In this document: piece after piece, positions 25,620-39,131 of the stretch
How positions within the stretch are numbered: the stretch's first letter is position 1
Layout: each line of letters opens with the position of its first letter
Assembly: GCA_951406725.2 (NCBI GenBank)
Contig: OX597817.1
Span: forward strand, 162,316,001 to 162,380,000
Source of the DNA: Octopus vulgaris
Lineage: Eukaryota
DNA: 64,000 nucleotides
Direction: 5' to 3'
Notes under the pieces: generated by a model
What the model was told of the DNA's origin: nothing
Database searches by the model: none
What the model saw: the letters and a program-made list of their open reading frames with translations, nothing else
Program-made: the position numbers and the translations under genes

Positions 25620-26148
25620 GAACTACCGCCACCACTGTCACTACACCATCACCTCCACCACTACCGCCACAACCACCACCACCAACAACAACAACAACAC
25701 TGTGACCACCACTATCAACACCACCATCACTACCACAATCACCACCACCATCTCCACTAACACTATCATCACCACCACGACTACCACCACCACAACCGTC
25801 ATCACCTCCACCATCACCACCACTATCCTCACCACCACCATCACCACCACTATCACTACCGCAATCACCACCACCACCATCACCATCACTACCACAATCA
25901 CCACCACCACCACCACAATCACCACCACCATCTCCACTGACACTATCATCACCACCACGACTACCACCAGCACAACCGCCATCACCTTCACCATCACCAC
26001 TACTATCCCCGACACCACTATCACCACCACCACCACCACCACCATCATCACCGTCACCACTAAACCCCACCACCATTAACACCATCATGACTTCCGCCGT
26101 CGCCTCCACCACCACCTCCACCACCACCACCACCACCACCACCACCAC
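25620..26148. repeat. (ACC/ATC)n low-complexity tract with internal duplication
   Basis: Read directly. The poly-T/V/G ORFs here are artefacts. Confidence 0.9.
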
Positions 26149-26904
26149 AGGTTTTTGTTGTTTTTTTTTTTTACTTCCCTCCCTACGTCCTCAGTTACTT
26201 ACTCTCACGTGTACCACTCGCTGACTCACTCCTTAAGTAATTTCTGCCTCCACCCCCCACCACCACCTATTCCTCTCCCGTCCTCGACACCATTACCTCC
26301 TCCTCCTCCCCTCTCTGCTAATGAGTCACTCTTTCATTTCACCACCCCCACAGGACTTTTAATGAATCACGTGCTGTCTCCCCAACTCTTTGTTTCTTTC
26401 ATCGCCATTTATATTATCATTCCACGTCTCATTTCACCTTCCATTTCACTTCTCATTCAACTTCTCGTTCCAATTTTCATTTCGCGTCTCACTCTATTTC
26501 TTATTCAACATCTCGTTGCATTTTTATTTCACTTTCATTTCATTTATCATTCATTACACGTCTCATTCTTCTTTTCATTTCATGTCTCATTGCTTTTCTT
26601 CTTCTTCTTGCAGGCTTAACGGTGCGGTTAAGAACCTCGCTTCGCAACCAGGTTTGGCCGTGAGGTAAGAAGCTTGCTTCACATAGTTCTGAGTTCAGTC
26701 CCACTGCATGGCAACTTGAATAAGGTTCCTCTACAATAACCTAGGGCCGATCAAAGTCTTGTGAGTGGACTTGGTAGAGGAAAACTGAAAGAAGCCCATC
26801 GTATATATGTGTGTGTATGTCACCCACCAACTGTTTGAAGACTGGTACTGGTTTGTTTACGTCCCCGTAACAACTAGACTAAATACCTGACTTAATAACA
26901 ATTA

Positions 26905-27721
26905 TCTTTTCTACTAAAGGCACAAGGTCTGAAGTATAGGGGGGGGGTAATTTGCATCGACCCCAGTGCTCAACTGTTACTTATTTCATCGACCCCCGAA
27001 ATGATGAAAGGTAAAGTCGACCTCGGCGGAATTTGAACTCAGAACGTAGCGACGGGCGAAATACCGCCAAGCACTTCACCCGGCGTGCTAACGATTCTGC
27101 TTAAGCTTATCGCTTTAATAATGATAATAATGGTTTCAAATTTTGCCATAAGGGCAACAACTTTGGAGCAACAACTTTGGGGGAGGAGATGAGTCGATTA
27201 CATCGACTCCAGTGTTTAACTGGTACTTATTTTATCGACCCAGAAAGGATGAAAGGCAAAGTCGACCTCGGTGGAATTTGAACTCAGAACGTAGCGGCAG
27301 ACGAAATACCTATTTCTTTACTACCCACAAGGGGCCAAACACAGAGAGGAGAAACAAGGACAGACAAACGGATTAAGTCGATTATATCGACTCCAGTGCG
27401 TAACTGGTACTTAACTTATCGACACCGAAAGGATGAAAGGCAAAGTCGACCTCGGCGGAATTTGAACTCACAACGTAACGGCAGACGAAATACCTATTTC
27501 TTTATTACCCACAAGGGGCTAAACACAGAGGGAACAAACAAGGACAGACATAGGTATTAAGTCGATTACATCGACCCCAGTTCGTAACTGGTACTTAATT
27601 TATCGACCCCGAAAGGATGAAAGGCAAAGTCGACCTCGGCGGAATTTGAACTCACAACGTAACGCAGACGAAATACCGCTAAGCATTTCGCCCGGCGTGC
27701 TAACGTTTCTGCCAGCTCGCC
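26905..27721 (-). mobile_element. SINE family B tandem array
   Basis: Two young-tail units joined by aaagaaatag|gtatttcgtc, followed by old-tail copies. Confidence 0.9.
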
Positions 27722-27736
27722 AAATAATAGTAATAA

Positions 27737-27771
<35 letters not shown>

Positions 27772-28146
27772 GTACTGGGTCGATTTGATCGACTAAAACC
27801 CTTCAATGCGGTACCCCTGTATGGCCACAGTTCAATGCCTGAAACAAATAAAAGCATAGTTTTTATCGCTTTCGAAATCACGAGCGAAAACATTCTGATG
27901 TACCAGTCTGATATTTAAGCTTCTTAACTGTTCAAAACTGCCTGCCTAAAGAAATTCGAAATATATCCTTAAATCCTTAAATATATAAGGAAACATTAAA
28001 AAAAATTACGGAGATGCACTTGCATAGCAAGTGACCTGATCTGAGATCGTGTGCTGGAACGAAAACAATTGCAGAGTGGTGGGTGTTCATAAGCCATTTA
28101 AGAAACACACAAAAACCGTTAGATTCACTTCAACATTTAAATTTAA

Positions 28147-28197
28147 TTTGCCAAAATATTTTCGTCACTTTGAGACCGCGACCTCTTCACTGACAAA
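28147..28197 (-). ncRNA. Hammerhead-like motif with variant core (G3)
   Basis: Minus strand UUUGUCA-GUGAAGA-G-GUCGC-ggucucaaa-GUGAC-GAAA-AUAU-UU^UGGCAAA: 7-bp stem I, 5-bp stem II, palindromic AAUAUU stem III. Confidence 0.55.
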
Positions 28198-30710
28198 ATT
28201 CCGTGCTGCATATTTTTTTTAATGTATTGGGTAAACTCCTACCCATGATACCGGACCAGCCAACCAGTCAAGGATACACCCAGGCAAGAATCAGCTGCTA
28301 GAAACTCAATTATAGACTAACAACCCGCCATAAAGCGACGAGAAAACCGATAGAAAATAAGTCGAGGCGGTGCTCCAGCATGGCCGTCGTTTTACGTCTG
28401 AAGCTATTAAAAGAATAAAAGGACTATTCTCATTCATTTCACATTTCACTTTCTTCTCTTCTCATTTCACAACTCATTTCCCACCTCATATAACCTTTCA
28501 TTTTTTCTCCTTTCTTATTTCACTTTATTATTCGACTTCTCGTTCGCATTTCCCGCGTTTTACTCACGTGGGTACCAATGGTGTAGATAGAGTATATACC
28601 ACCCAGAGCAGCCCTTGAGCGTCTTGCTTCCCTCCACACCTCCCCTCGCCTGTACAAGCTTATGCAACAAACCCCCTTATCTTCACACCCAGCTACAATA
28701 CTAGGGTTCAACGCGAATGCATTCACTAAATTACTCTCCTTTATACCCTAATTCTGTTTCGAATTAATTATCATCACTCATAAATCACCATCGCTCAGTG
28801 CATTTAGAGGTAGCTGAGTGGATAAAGTGCATGACTAATGCTCATAGATCGTGAGATCAAATCCAGTGTTAGCTTTTCGCTATTCATTGAACCGAGCATT
28901 TTACTCTCTTCTCTTTTAGTTATTTCAGTCATTTGACTATGGCCATACTGGAGCACCGCCTTTAGTCGAACAAATCAATCCCAGGACTTATTCTTTGTAA
29001 TCTTAGTACTTGTTCTATCGGTCTCTTTTGCCGAGCCGCTAAGTTACGGGGACGTAAACACACCACCATCGGTTGTCAAGCGATGTTGGGGGGACAAACA
29101 CACACACACACACACACACACATCTTGTCATCTCTGTAAATAGTTTTGCTGAAGAGGTCTAAAAAGGCCGAAACATGGTTTGTTGTTTTCACCTTTTGGC
29201 GTTAAGGGTCTGATCCACGCCAATCTGTATTATCTGTATTGCTCAAAACTTTCGACCAACTGATTGTATCGAAGTTAGCTCCTTTACTCATTTTTCTTTT
29301 AAGAATTCGGACAGCCACTAGAGGCAGCTGTTACCTAGTAATTGCTTCGATGATCTCAGGTGATGTTGACATACTATATTCATTTTACAGTCTCCGGTGA
29401 CAGATAAATATATCAACTCAATTATCTCACAATTTTTAGTGTTTAACAACTATCTCGTGCGAATTACGTTAATATTATATTATGTTATCACAATATCTAT
29501 ATACACTCGCTTTTCAAATATTGTTCACACATCTTTCTCCTCTGTCCTAATTCGCGGACTAAGTCCTTCTGGAGCCGACAAATATTTCCCAGTTCTGGGT
29601 TCGATATAAACGACCATTTTCGCTCTTCAAATTTGTTTCTCTTTTAATTGTTTCAATCGTTAAACTGCAGCCTTGCTGGGCAACGCCTTGAAGAATTTTT
29701 TGGTAAAGCCTGGTACTTATTCTACCGGTCTCTTTTTGCCGAACCGCTATGCTATGAGGACGTAAACACCCTAACACCGGTGGCTTCATGGTATTTGTTG
29801 TCCCAACTGTCTGGACTCTCAGTTCAAATTCTTTTAAGGTCAACTTTGTCCTTCATCCTTTCAGGATCGATGAAAAGAAAGCAGTAATCCACAATGCTGG
29901 GTTTGCGGAACAATAGAAACATCTGACCGGTTGCACGCCTTGTAGTATTTCTTCCGGCTCTTTGCGTTCTGAGTTCAAATCCTGCTCGGGTAATAGATTT
30001 AACTCAGCGACCCTTTTTTATACTACCACTTTGTTCTGAGGGCGCCTTCAGCGGAGTCTATTCCGTTGCATTCGGCCCAGGTTTCCGGTTTGGAGATACT
30101 TTCCTACTTACTTCCCACAAGTCTCGGAGTAACGGATTATGGGTTCTGCCTTCTCTCTTGACTAAAAGATTAAAAAAAGGAAAGATTAAAACAAAGAGTT
30201 TATGATGTTTATAATAATTATTTCAAATTTTTGCCTCAAGGACAGCTTGAAAAAGTGTCGATTACATCGACCCCAATGTTCAACTGGTAGTTATATTATC
30301 GACCCTGAAAGGATGAAAGGCAAAGTTGACCTCGGCGAAATTTGAACTCAGAACTTAGCGACCCTCGAATTAAGTTCAGACAATACTCTTGTCATTCTAA
30401 ACAGAATAAAAGCAGTATCAAATATTATTTTCCTAGATATTTATCAGATATAAAATAAATAAAATTGTATTCAATTTATTTGCTGAATTTTAGATAAAAT
30501 AGGAAAAATTAAGAAAATATTCCTGTAAATTTGTGTGGTATTGCATCACCTTCAATCTGCTAGGTTACAAGGTGATGCAATATTTCTATGTGATGGCGCA
30601 ATTCTTACAATATATTGCATCATCTTTCAGGAGAGTATAAATATGTGAGAGAGCAATATCTGCCTTTAGTCTGCTATCAAGTTTCATATAGTTCAGTTGT
30701 GCTTTCCAAT

Positions 30711-32469
30711 ATGCTTAGACGTGAAAACTTGAGTGAAGACTAAATATCGAAAAGGTTATTGGAATTAGATGAAGAATGGGAAGAAGATAGTAGTGATTCC
30801 TTCTATTGCTTTGAAGATGATGGTGAAAGTGATTGTGTGCTGGACAGTTTAGATTCTGTGGTATCAGATGATGAAGATATTCAAAAACAATTAGCTGCAA
30901 GCCACCCAATTATGAATTATTTCTAAAGACAGACAAGAAGTTTGGCATTCAAATCCTCTTACTCAAGCAGCAGTAAGAACTTCATCTTGCAATAGTGTGC
31001 GCCAAGAATGTGGACCATCCCGTTTTGCTAAAAGGTCTTGCAGTAGCATTGAAACATGTTTTACTATCTTTATGCGCTAGAATCTTCTTGAAGTAATTCG
31101 TAAATGGACAAATGTTGAAGGTCAGGTTGTTTACAAAGATAAATGGAAGGGAAGTGATCACTCTGAACTAAAGAAATTTATTGGACTGATTATTCTTATA
31201 GGCGTTTATAAATCTAAACATTAAAATGTCACACAGTTATGGAGTCAAGAAGATGGCCGCCCACTATTCAACAAAATTATGAGCCGGGGAAAATTTCAAC
31301 AGATTTATGAAGTATTGTGTTTTGATGATGCTAGTGGAAGAAGAAAAAAGAGAAGTGATGATAAATTGGAGCCCATAAGAAAGTATTTGAAATGTGGAAC
31401 CAGAATTTGCAAGATGGATATGTTCTAAGTTTATGCATGACAGTTGATGAACAATTAGTTTCATTCAGAGGCCGCTGTCCATTCTGGGTATATATTCCTT
31501 CAAAGGCAAATATGGAATTAAAATTCCTTCAAAGGGAAATATGTAATATTCCTTCAAAGGGAAGTATGGAATTAAAATGTGGGCAATATGCGAGAGTGAA
31601 ACATCTTATGCATAGAAAATGCAAATCTGCACTGGAAAAGGCCTGGTAAAAGGGAGATAGACAACTCAAGGTTCAAGAGTTGTTGAAGACCTAGTAAAAG
31701 AACTTGAAAATACTGGTTGCAATATAACCTGTGATAATTCTTTTACAAGCCTAGGATTGGCTCGAAAGTTGCTTAGCAAGAAAACTACTTTTGTTGGAAC
31801 AATTAGAAAGAACAGAGTTGAACTTCCAAGTGCTTCAGAAATGGAAAAGAAAGAGAAATCAACAGCACAATATTTGGATTTCAAAAGGATTCTATGATTC
31901 TATCTTATTGTCCCAAGAAAAATTATGTTGTCACACTTATGAGTACAATGCACTCTCAGCCTTCAATTGATTCAAAAAGTGCTGAAAAGAACCCTGAAGT
32001 TATTACATGTTTCAACAAAACAAAAGGAGGAGTAGATACCCTAGATAAGATGGTAAGGACATACACTTTCAAAAGAATGACTCGAAGGTGGCCTATGGTT
32101 ATATTCTATAACATGATTGATATAAGTGCAGTGAATGCTTTCATTGTTGCTAAACAGCTTCACTTGCAAAGTTTAAAGGATAAAAGAAGATAGTACCTAA
32201 TTCAATAAGGAAAGGAACTTGCTGGAGTTGATGCTAAACAAGAATATGACAAACAATCTTCTAGTTCCGCTAACATTTCTCAACCAAACAAGATAAGAAG
32301 ACGATCTTCAACCTCATTTGAGATTCCTCAGCCAAAGAAAAATGGTAGATGTTCTTTGTGTGGCCCTTAGCAAAACAGGAAAACTCGTACTACATGTAAG
32401 AATTGTAATAGCCATGTTTGCCATGAACATTCCAATGTTGTCTGCATTCACTGCCACGGAGAACTATAA
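30711..32469 (+). pseudogene. piggyBac (PGBD4-like) transposase, near full length, with many stops and frameshifts
   Basis: Acidic N-terminus, then TVDEQLVSFRGRCPF.VYIPSK, ITCDNSFTSL, FVGTIRKNR, FNKTKGGVDTLDKM and RRWPMVIFYNMIDI (DDD triad), ending in the Cys-rich RCSLC..TCKNCNSHVCHEH..CIHC. Confidence 0.95.
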
Positions 32470-32592
32470 TTCTGTATTTTTGTAATTAAAAATAAATTAT
32501 AATATATTCTGTAAGCTGTATTTATTATTTTTTTTAAATTAAAATTTTTGAGAAACAGTAATTCTTCATTCACCTGATAGTATATATAATGT

Positions 32593-32982
32593 GTGGAGGC
32601 GCAATGGCCCAGTGGTTAGGGCAGCGGACTCGCGGTCGTAGGATCGCGGTTTCGATTCCCAGACCGGGCGTTGTGAGTGTTTATTGAGCGAAAACACCTA
32701 AAGCTTCACGAGGCTCCGGCAGGGGATGGTGGTGGTGATCCCTGCTGTACTCTTTCACCACAACTTTCTCTCACTCTTACTTCCTGTTTCTGTTGTACCT
32801 GTATTTCAAAGGGCCGGCCTTGTCACTCTCTGTTTCACGCTGAATATCTCCGAGAACTACGTTAAGGGTACACGTGTCTGTGGAGTGCTCAGCCACTTAC
32901 ACGTTAATTTCACGAGCAGGCTGTTCCGTTGATCGGATCAACCGGAACCCTCGTCGTCGGAACCGACGGAGTGCTTCCACAC
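32593..32982 (+). mobile_element. tRNA-headed SINE family C, full length, in the piggyBac 3' region
   Basis: Head GGAGGCGCAATGGCCCAGTGGTTAGGGCAGCGGACTCGCGG..GGTTTCGATTCCC; exact 9-bp TSD ATATAATGT (32584-32592 and 32983-32991). Confidence 0.92.
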
Positions 32983-33199
32983 ATATAATGTAGCTAAGAA
33001 ATAGTAGCAGTTTGGAATAAAATTTAATTAAAAGAAAAATATTGGGTCCATTGGGCCCAGTTGGTAATTGGTGACATATATTTTCTCTGGTAGACCAAAG
33101 GTTAAGTATTGATTATTTTGTATCTATTGTTATTTGTTTGCACATCTATAAAATTACTTAGGTACGCACTTACAGAGACACATACAGGCACATATAATA

Positions 33200-33582
33200 T
33201 CTCTCTCTATATAAACGGCAGTTTGTCTGTGCGTGTTTCTGTGTGTCTGTTTGCTTGTACCCTCACCCTGACCACGGCTTTCAACCGATTCTGATGAAAC
33301 TTGACACACACATAGCCCATTGTCATAATTCAAAACTAACGCAGCGAAAATTTTGTAAAGTTCCCCCAGTTCTGAAAAAGATCGATAAATTCGACATGGG
33401 GTCGAGAATCAGAAACACAAACGGCAAACTGTCTAGGGGACGCAACTCCACCTTTTTTAACTCTCAAAAAAATTTACCATAATTTTTTTCCATTTTTTGG
33501 CTATTTTTTGGCTATAACTCTCTAAAAATGCTTTATAGTTATTTCCCTTACAAACCTGAGCAACGCCGGGCGATACTGCCAG
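33200..33582 (+). mobile_element. Non-autonomous Helitron (subfamily 2)
   Basis: A^TCTCTCTCTATATAAACGG ... cctgagcaacgccgggcgatactgCCAG^T. The 3' ~120 bp are shared with subfamily 1. Confidence 0.88.
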
Positions 33583-33825
33583 TAAATGATACAATTTCAT
33601 TTATTTCACTTCATACCGATGAGATTCAATTAAATCGAAATGGTGTGTCTGTATGTAGATATTAAGGACTATATAGTTGGAACGAGAAAATCAAATCAAA
33701 TTAAATATATAAAAATTATATGATGTATTTCACTCCATTAAACTTTACCAACGAAAAATTAGATAAATTCCAGACGGTTCTCCCTCTCTTTCGCAACAAA
33801 AAGAAACAATTTCTTCTCTCTCGCA

Positions 33826-33885
<60 letters not shown>

Positions 33886-33921
33886 GCGCGTGTATACGTG
33901 TACGTATGTATATATGTATGC

Positions 33922-33984
<63 letters not shown>

Positions 33985-33994
33985 CATACATACA

Positions 33995-34027
<33 letters not shown>

Positions 34028-34052
34028 GTGTGTGCATATATATATATATATG

Positions 34053-34449
34053 TACTCTTTACTCTTTTCAGTCATTTGACTGCGGCCATGCTGGAGCACC
34101 GCCTTTAGTCGAGCAAATCGACCCCGGGACTTATTCTTTGTAAGCCCAGTACTTATTCTATCGGTCTCTTTTGCCGAACCGCTAAGTGACGGGGACGTAA
34201 ACACACCAGCATCGGTTGTCAAACAATGCTAGGGGGACAAACACAGACACACAAACATATACACACACACTTATATATATATACATATATACGACAGGCT
34301 TCTTTCAGTTTCCGTCTACCAAATCCACTCACAAGGCATTGATCGGGCCGGGGCTATAGCAAAAGACACTTGCCCAAGATGCCACGCAGTGGGACTGAAC
34401 CCGGAACCATATGGTTGGTTAGCAAGCTACTTACCACACAGTCACTCCT
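34053..34449 (-). mobile_element. SINE family A
   Basis: Near full-length reverse-complement match to family A. Confidence 0.9.
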
Positions 34450-34672
34450 GGAAATGAAAGACAGAAGATGGAATATATAAGAATTTATTAATCACAACAA
34501 TTGTTTTGACGCATCTAGCACTCTCACACACATATACATGCATATACATACATCCACATTCGCGTACACACACATACACACACATATAAATATGTATATA
34601 TGTATATACATATACATGTGTATGAGTGTGTGTATATGTATATATATACATATATATACACATACATATCTA

Positions 34673-34884
<212 letters not shown>

Positions 34885-35249
34885 CATGTATACATACATA
34901 TGAGCACCTAAGTGCAAAACAAGGTGAGAAAAAATAGCACTCAATTATCAAATATGTTGAGTAGAATATCGTTTCTTACTGAAACCAAAAAATCTGTAAC
35001 TCAGGGTGTCACGTGACCGATTATCAGACGACCGTCGATTTTTTAAAACTATATGATGTCTTATACATATTCACAAAGAGTATTGTGATAATTATTTAGT
35101 TACCAAATGATTTTTAAGCTGATTGAACAGAGGGCTATTAATTTTCAAAATAACAGGAATTTTGAATTTGAATGAAGACGATTGACGGAAAAATATACGA
35201 ACATTAAAAACCGAGTCTAAATCGAATCCAAAACATAATAATAATAATA

Positions 35250-35312
<63 letters not shown>

Positions 35313-35356
35313 CAACAATCAAAATAATAATAAAATAATAATAATAATAATAATAG

Positions 35357-35389
<33 letters not shown>

Positions 35390-35390
<1 letters not shown>

Positions 35391-36315
35391 CGCAAAGCAA
35401 TTGGCTGATAGGTGGGAGACAAACCTCTGAAAAATCCCGCAGCAAACAAGCTGGTTGAGAAGCAAACCCATCAGGACTACGGAGCTCAGAAAAGCAGAGG
35501 CGAAGGTTTTATTGCAGCTCAAGACCAAAGCCTATTAACCCGAAATTACCAAAAAATGTGATGAAAAATGAAATATTACAAAATGCCGATATCTGCAGAT
35601 GGACATGATTGAAACAGTGGACCATATTATCTCTAGCTGCCCAGTCCTGCTACCAGAAGGAATATATTCACAGACATGACAGAGTTGGAACCTACATACA
35701 TTGGAAGCTAAGTCGGCATTACATTATCAAAACAGAAAAAGATGGTATAATCACCACCCTGAGGCTGTAACTGAAGGAGAGAAATGTAACCATACTCTGG
35801 GATATGCCGATACACACAGATAGAACCATTAAGGCCAACAGACCAGATATAGTTGTCAGAGATCATGAAGAAAAAAAGCTTTGCTTATTGATCGACATGA
35901 GCAGATGACAACGTGTATCTCAAAGAAATGAGTTTGACAACTCAGAAAATACAAAGACCTACTCATTGAAATTGAGAAACTAGGATGTGGAACCTCAAAA
36001 CAGTTACAATACCAGTGATCATAGTAGGAATGATCAAAAAACCGAAAATACATAACAATGATCCCAGGACTTACAATCCCATGCAAGAAGTACAGAAAAT
36101 TGTCTTAACTAGGTACTGCACATGTATTGACGCAAGAGCATTGTCGATGTGAGAATTAACCATCAGTATTTTATCAACTTAAAAAAAAAAATTTTTAAAT
36201 GAACGAACTATTGAGTTTGGTAATGGCCTACCAATGTATACTATGAGTTTCTGCGCCCTAGGAGTCGAAGACACTCGGCAAAGAAATGGAAGCAAATTTG
36301 AAAGAAAAAAAAAAA

Positions 36316-36320
<5 letters not shown>
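35390..36320 (+). mobile_element. 5'-truncated R4/Dong-like non-LTR retrotransposon (RLE endonuclease) within (TAA)n
   Basis: FIAAQDQSLLTRNY, ETVDHIISSCPVL..EYIHRHDRVG..HWKL (CCHC-like), ILWDMPIHTDRTIKANRPDIVV, KYKDLLIEIEKL and QKIVLT. (TAA)n on both sides. Confidence 0.9.
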
Positions 36321-36367
<47 letters not shown>

Positions 36368-36793
36368 GTGATGATGATGGTGATGATGATGATGATAACA
36401 ACAACGTAAATTGCCGGAACACATGGGAATAGGTATGATTGTAACGAAAGAAAAAAGTCGTTTTAGAAATCAAAAAGTTTAAGAAAAGTGTGTCGTAAAA
36501 AATAATTTTAAAAAAACCGAAACGAAAGTACTCAACATATTGTAGAGCTAATAGCAATAGTAATTAATACTGAGATATTTCACCGTCATTACATCGAGTT
36601 TCGCGTTATGGCTTTTCGATGCGACATGCAAGATTATATGGGTTCTGTAAAAATGATGGTTTTAAAAATGGAAATACTAGAATTTCAAATTATACATTTA
36701 GTATGTAACAGTTGACAAATTATTCAGATAAAATGGCTGCGAATAAAACAGGATGCACATTGAAAGAGTAAGGTACAAAGATATATATGTATG

Positions 36794-36833
<40 letters not shown>

Positions 36834-36834
36834 T

Positions 36835-37238
36835 ATTTCTTTTTTTTTTTTTTACTTGTTTCAGTCATTTGACTGCGGCCATGCTGGAGCACCGTCTTTA
36901 ATCGAGCAACTCAACCCCGGGACTTATTCTTTTGTAAGCCCGGTACTTATTCTATCGGTCTCTTTTGCCGAACCGCTAAGTAACGGGGACATAAACACAC
37001 CAGCATCGGTTGTCAATCAATGCTAGGGGTACAAACACAGACACACAAACACACACACTTATATATATATACATATATACGACAGGCTTCTTTCAGTTTC
37101 CGTCTACCAACTCCACTCACAAGGCTTTGGTCGGCCCGAGGCTATAGTAGAAGACACTTGCCCAAGGTGCCACGCAGTGGGACTGAACCCGGAACCATAT
37201 GGTTGGTAAACAAGCTACATACCACACAGCCACTCCTG

Positions 37239-37240
<2 letters not shown>
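36835..37240 (-). mobile_element. SINE family A
   Basis: Full-length reverse-complement match. Confidence 0.9.
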
Positions 37241-37328
<88 letters not shown>

Positions 37329-37513
37329 AGACAGTGAGAAAGAGGAAGACAAAAGGAAAGACAAAGTGACTGAGTGGATCTATTGTCGTAAAATTGCATG
37401 CAAAATTTATGGAGAAATGCAGTGTTTATTAGAGGAGAGGGCGAAAACAAATAAGTAAAGGTGAGGCTGCCTAAATATAGATAGCTAACTAGCTAGCTAG
37501 CTAGCTAGCTAGC

Positions 37514-37627
<114 letters not shown>

Positions 37628-38427
37628 CGGAGAACAGGAGGAGCTAGATCAGTTCAGGTTTTTGTCGAGTTGAATAACAAAGAGAGCAAGGACTATAAAG
37701 CAGGCGTAAAGTACTAGGAAGAAAGCATATTTATTTGGAGGCGCATTGTAAAGCGATTAAAAAAAAAAAAAACTTAGCAGGGTTTATGGTGAGGCAAATG
37801 TGTATAGCCAGAAAGAAAAAAGAAGTGCGTGTTGAATAATGAAGGAAGAGAATTAAAATAAATAGTGAGAGAGAAAGAGGTATATATTGATTTCTTACTC
37901 AGACAGAAAGCCTCAAATTTGAGGATAAGGAACATCAATATATTAATCTCAGCACTTGACTGGTAATTTATTTTATCGACCCGAATAGATAAAAGGGAAA
38001 CTTGACCTCGGCGGGAATTAAATTCAGAACGCCAAGAGCTGTAACTAAATACCACAAGGCATTTTGTCCGACATACCACTGATCCTGCTAAATGGTTGCC
38101 CTAAGAAGAGACATTGACGGGAGAGGAAAAGCAATTGCTCGTGGCTTGAAAGAAAACTATAAACTATAATAAAACTGCGATAAAAATGCAATAAAAATAC
38201 AATGAAAATAAAGTTAAAGGGTGTACAAGATTCTGAAGACAAATTCATTACGGGTGTCATAATTTTTTTTATGGCTTTCGTTCTCCTACCAGAATACATT
38301 TGAAAAAACATACAGCTCTGAATGGAGAAACAAAGAAGATTGAGGGATGGAATGTTTACGGAATGAAGTGGAGTGGGGTGGAGAGAAACAATATAAAGAA
38401 GAAAAAAGAAAAGAGAAGAAAGGAGAG

Positions 38428-38482
<55 letters not shown>

Positions 38483-38495
38483 AAGAGAGACAGAT

Positions 38496-38542
<47 letters not shown>

Positions 38543-38707
38543 TTACGTGGAAAATAACTGATCGATGATGAAAATACGGAACAATAATATAGAGCATTAT
38601 TATTATTATTGCTCTAATATTTGTATTATAACGATTATTATAAAAGAAACTGCTGTCATCTTCACCTTTATATTTCTTATTTAGTGTTGTTTGCGTTATT
38701 TGTTATT

Positions 38708-39047
38708 ATTATTATTATTATTTTTTCTTTTTTTCCTTCTTCTTTCAAATTTGTTTCCATTTCTTGCCGAGCGTCTTCCCGACTCCTGTGGCAAAGAAAC
38801 TCATAGTATGCATTGGTAGGCCATTAAACCAAACTCAACAGTTCGTTCATTTTTATTTTTATTTCTTAAGGTTAAATTTAAATACATGGGCAGTAACAGC
38901 TCTCACAGCGACACTGCTCTTCTCAATACGTGTGATGTACCAGTTAAGACAATCTTCAATACGTGTGATGTACCACCAGTTAAGACAATCCTCAATACGT
39001 GTGATGTACCAGTTAAGACAATCTGTGATGTACCAGTTAAGACAATC
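38708..39047 (-). mobile_element. 3' end of a Dong-like element (same family as 35390-36320) with a tandemly reiterated 5' junction
   Basis: The 3' UTR matches 36190-36310. The C-terminal coding piece IVLTGTSHVLR is repeated about 4 times (38922-39047). Confidence 0.85.

Positions 39048-39129
<82 letters not shown>

Positions 39130-39131
<2 letters not shown>

Larger units (their letters stand above)
30365..33101 (+). mobile_element. piggyBac element; right terminus visible, left terminus not found
   Basis: Right end ..CTGGTAGACCAAAGG followed by TTAA (33102-33105). Inverted repeat TATTGCATCACCTT / AAGGTGATGCAATA at 30539-30582 in the 5' region. The left boundary is approximate. Confidence 0.75.

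Noticed and set aside
25603-26148. Mucin-like poly-Thr, Gly-rich and His-rich ORFs (also 43741-44726)
   Set aside because: They are open in several frames on both strands because of (ACC)n repeats, and no splice or domain evidence supports them.
30711-32469. Domesticated PGBD gene
   Set aside because: It has multiple in-frame stops and frameshifts, and the transposon terminus is still present.
32593-32665. tRNA gene (also 63630-63700 and 17665-17739)
   Set aside because: These are tRNA-like SINE heads without a closed acceptor stem, continuing into SINE bodies; two of the three have visible TSDs.
35008-35017. Perfect CLEAR/E-box GTCACGTGAC, and CRE/ETS-like motifs near 41146-41190
   Set aside because: They are isolated short motifs with no adjacent gene evidence and are compatible with chance.
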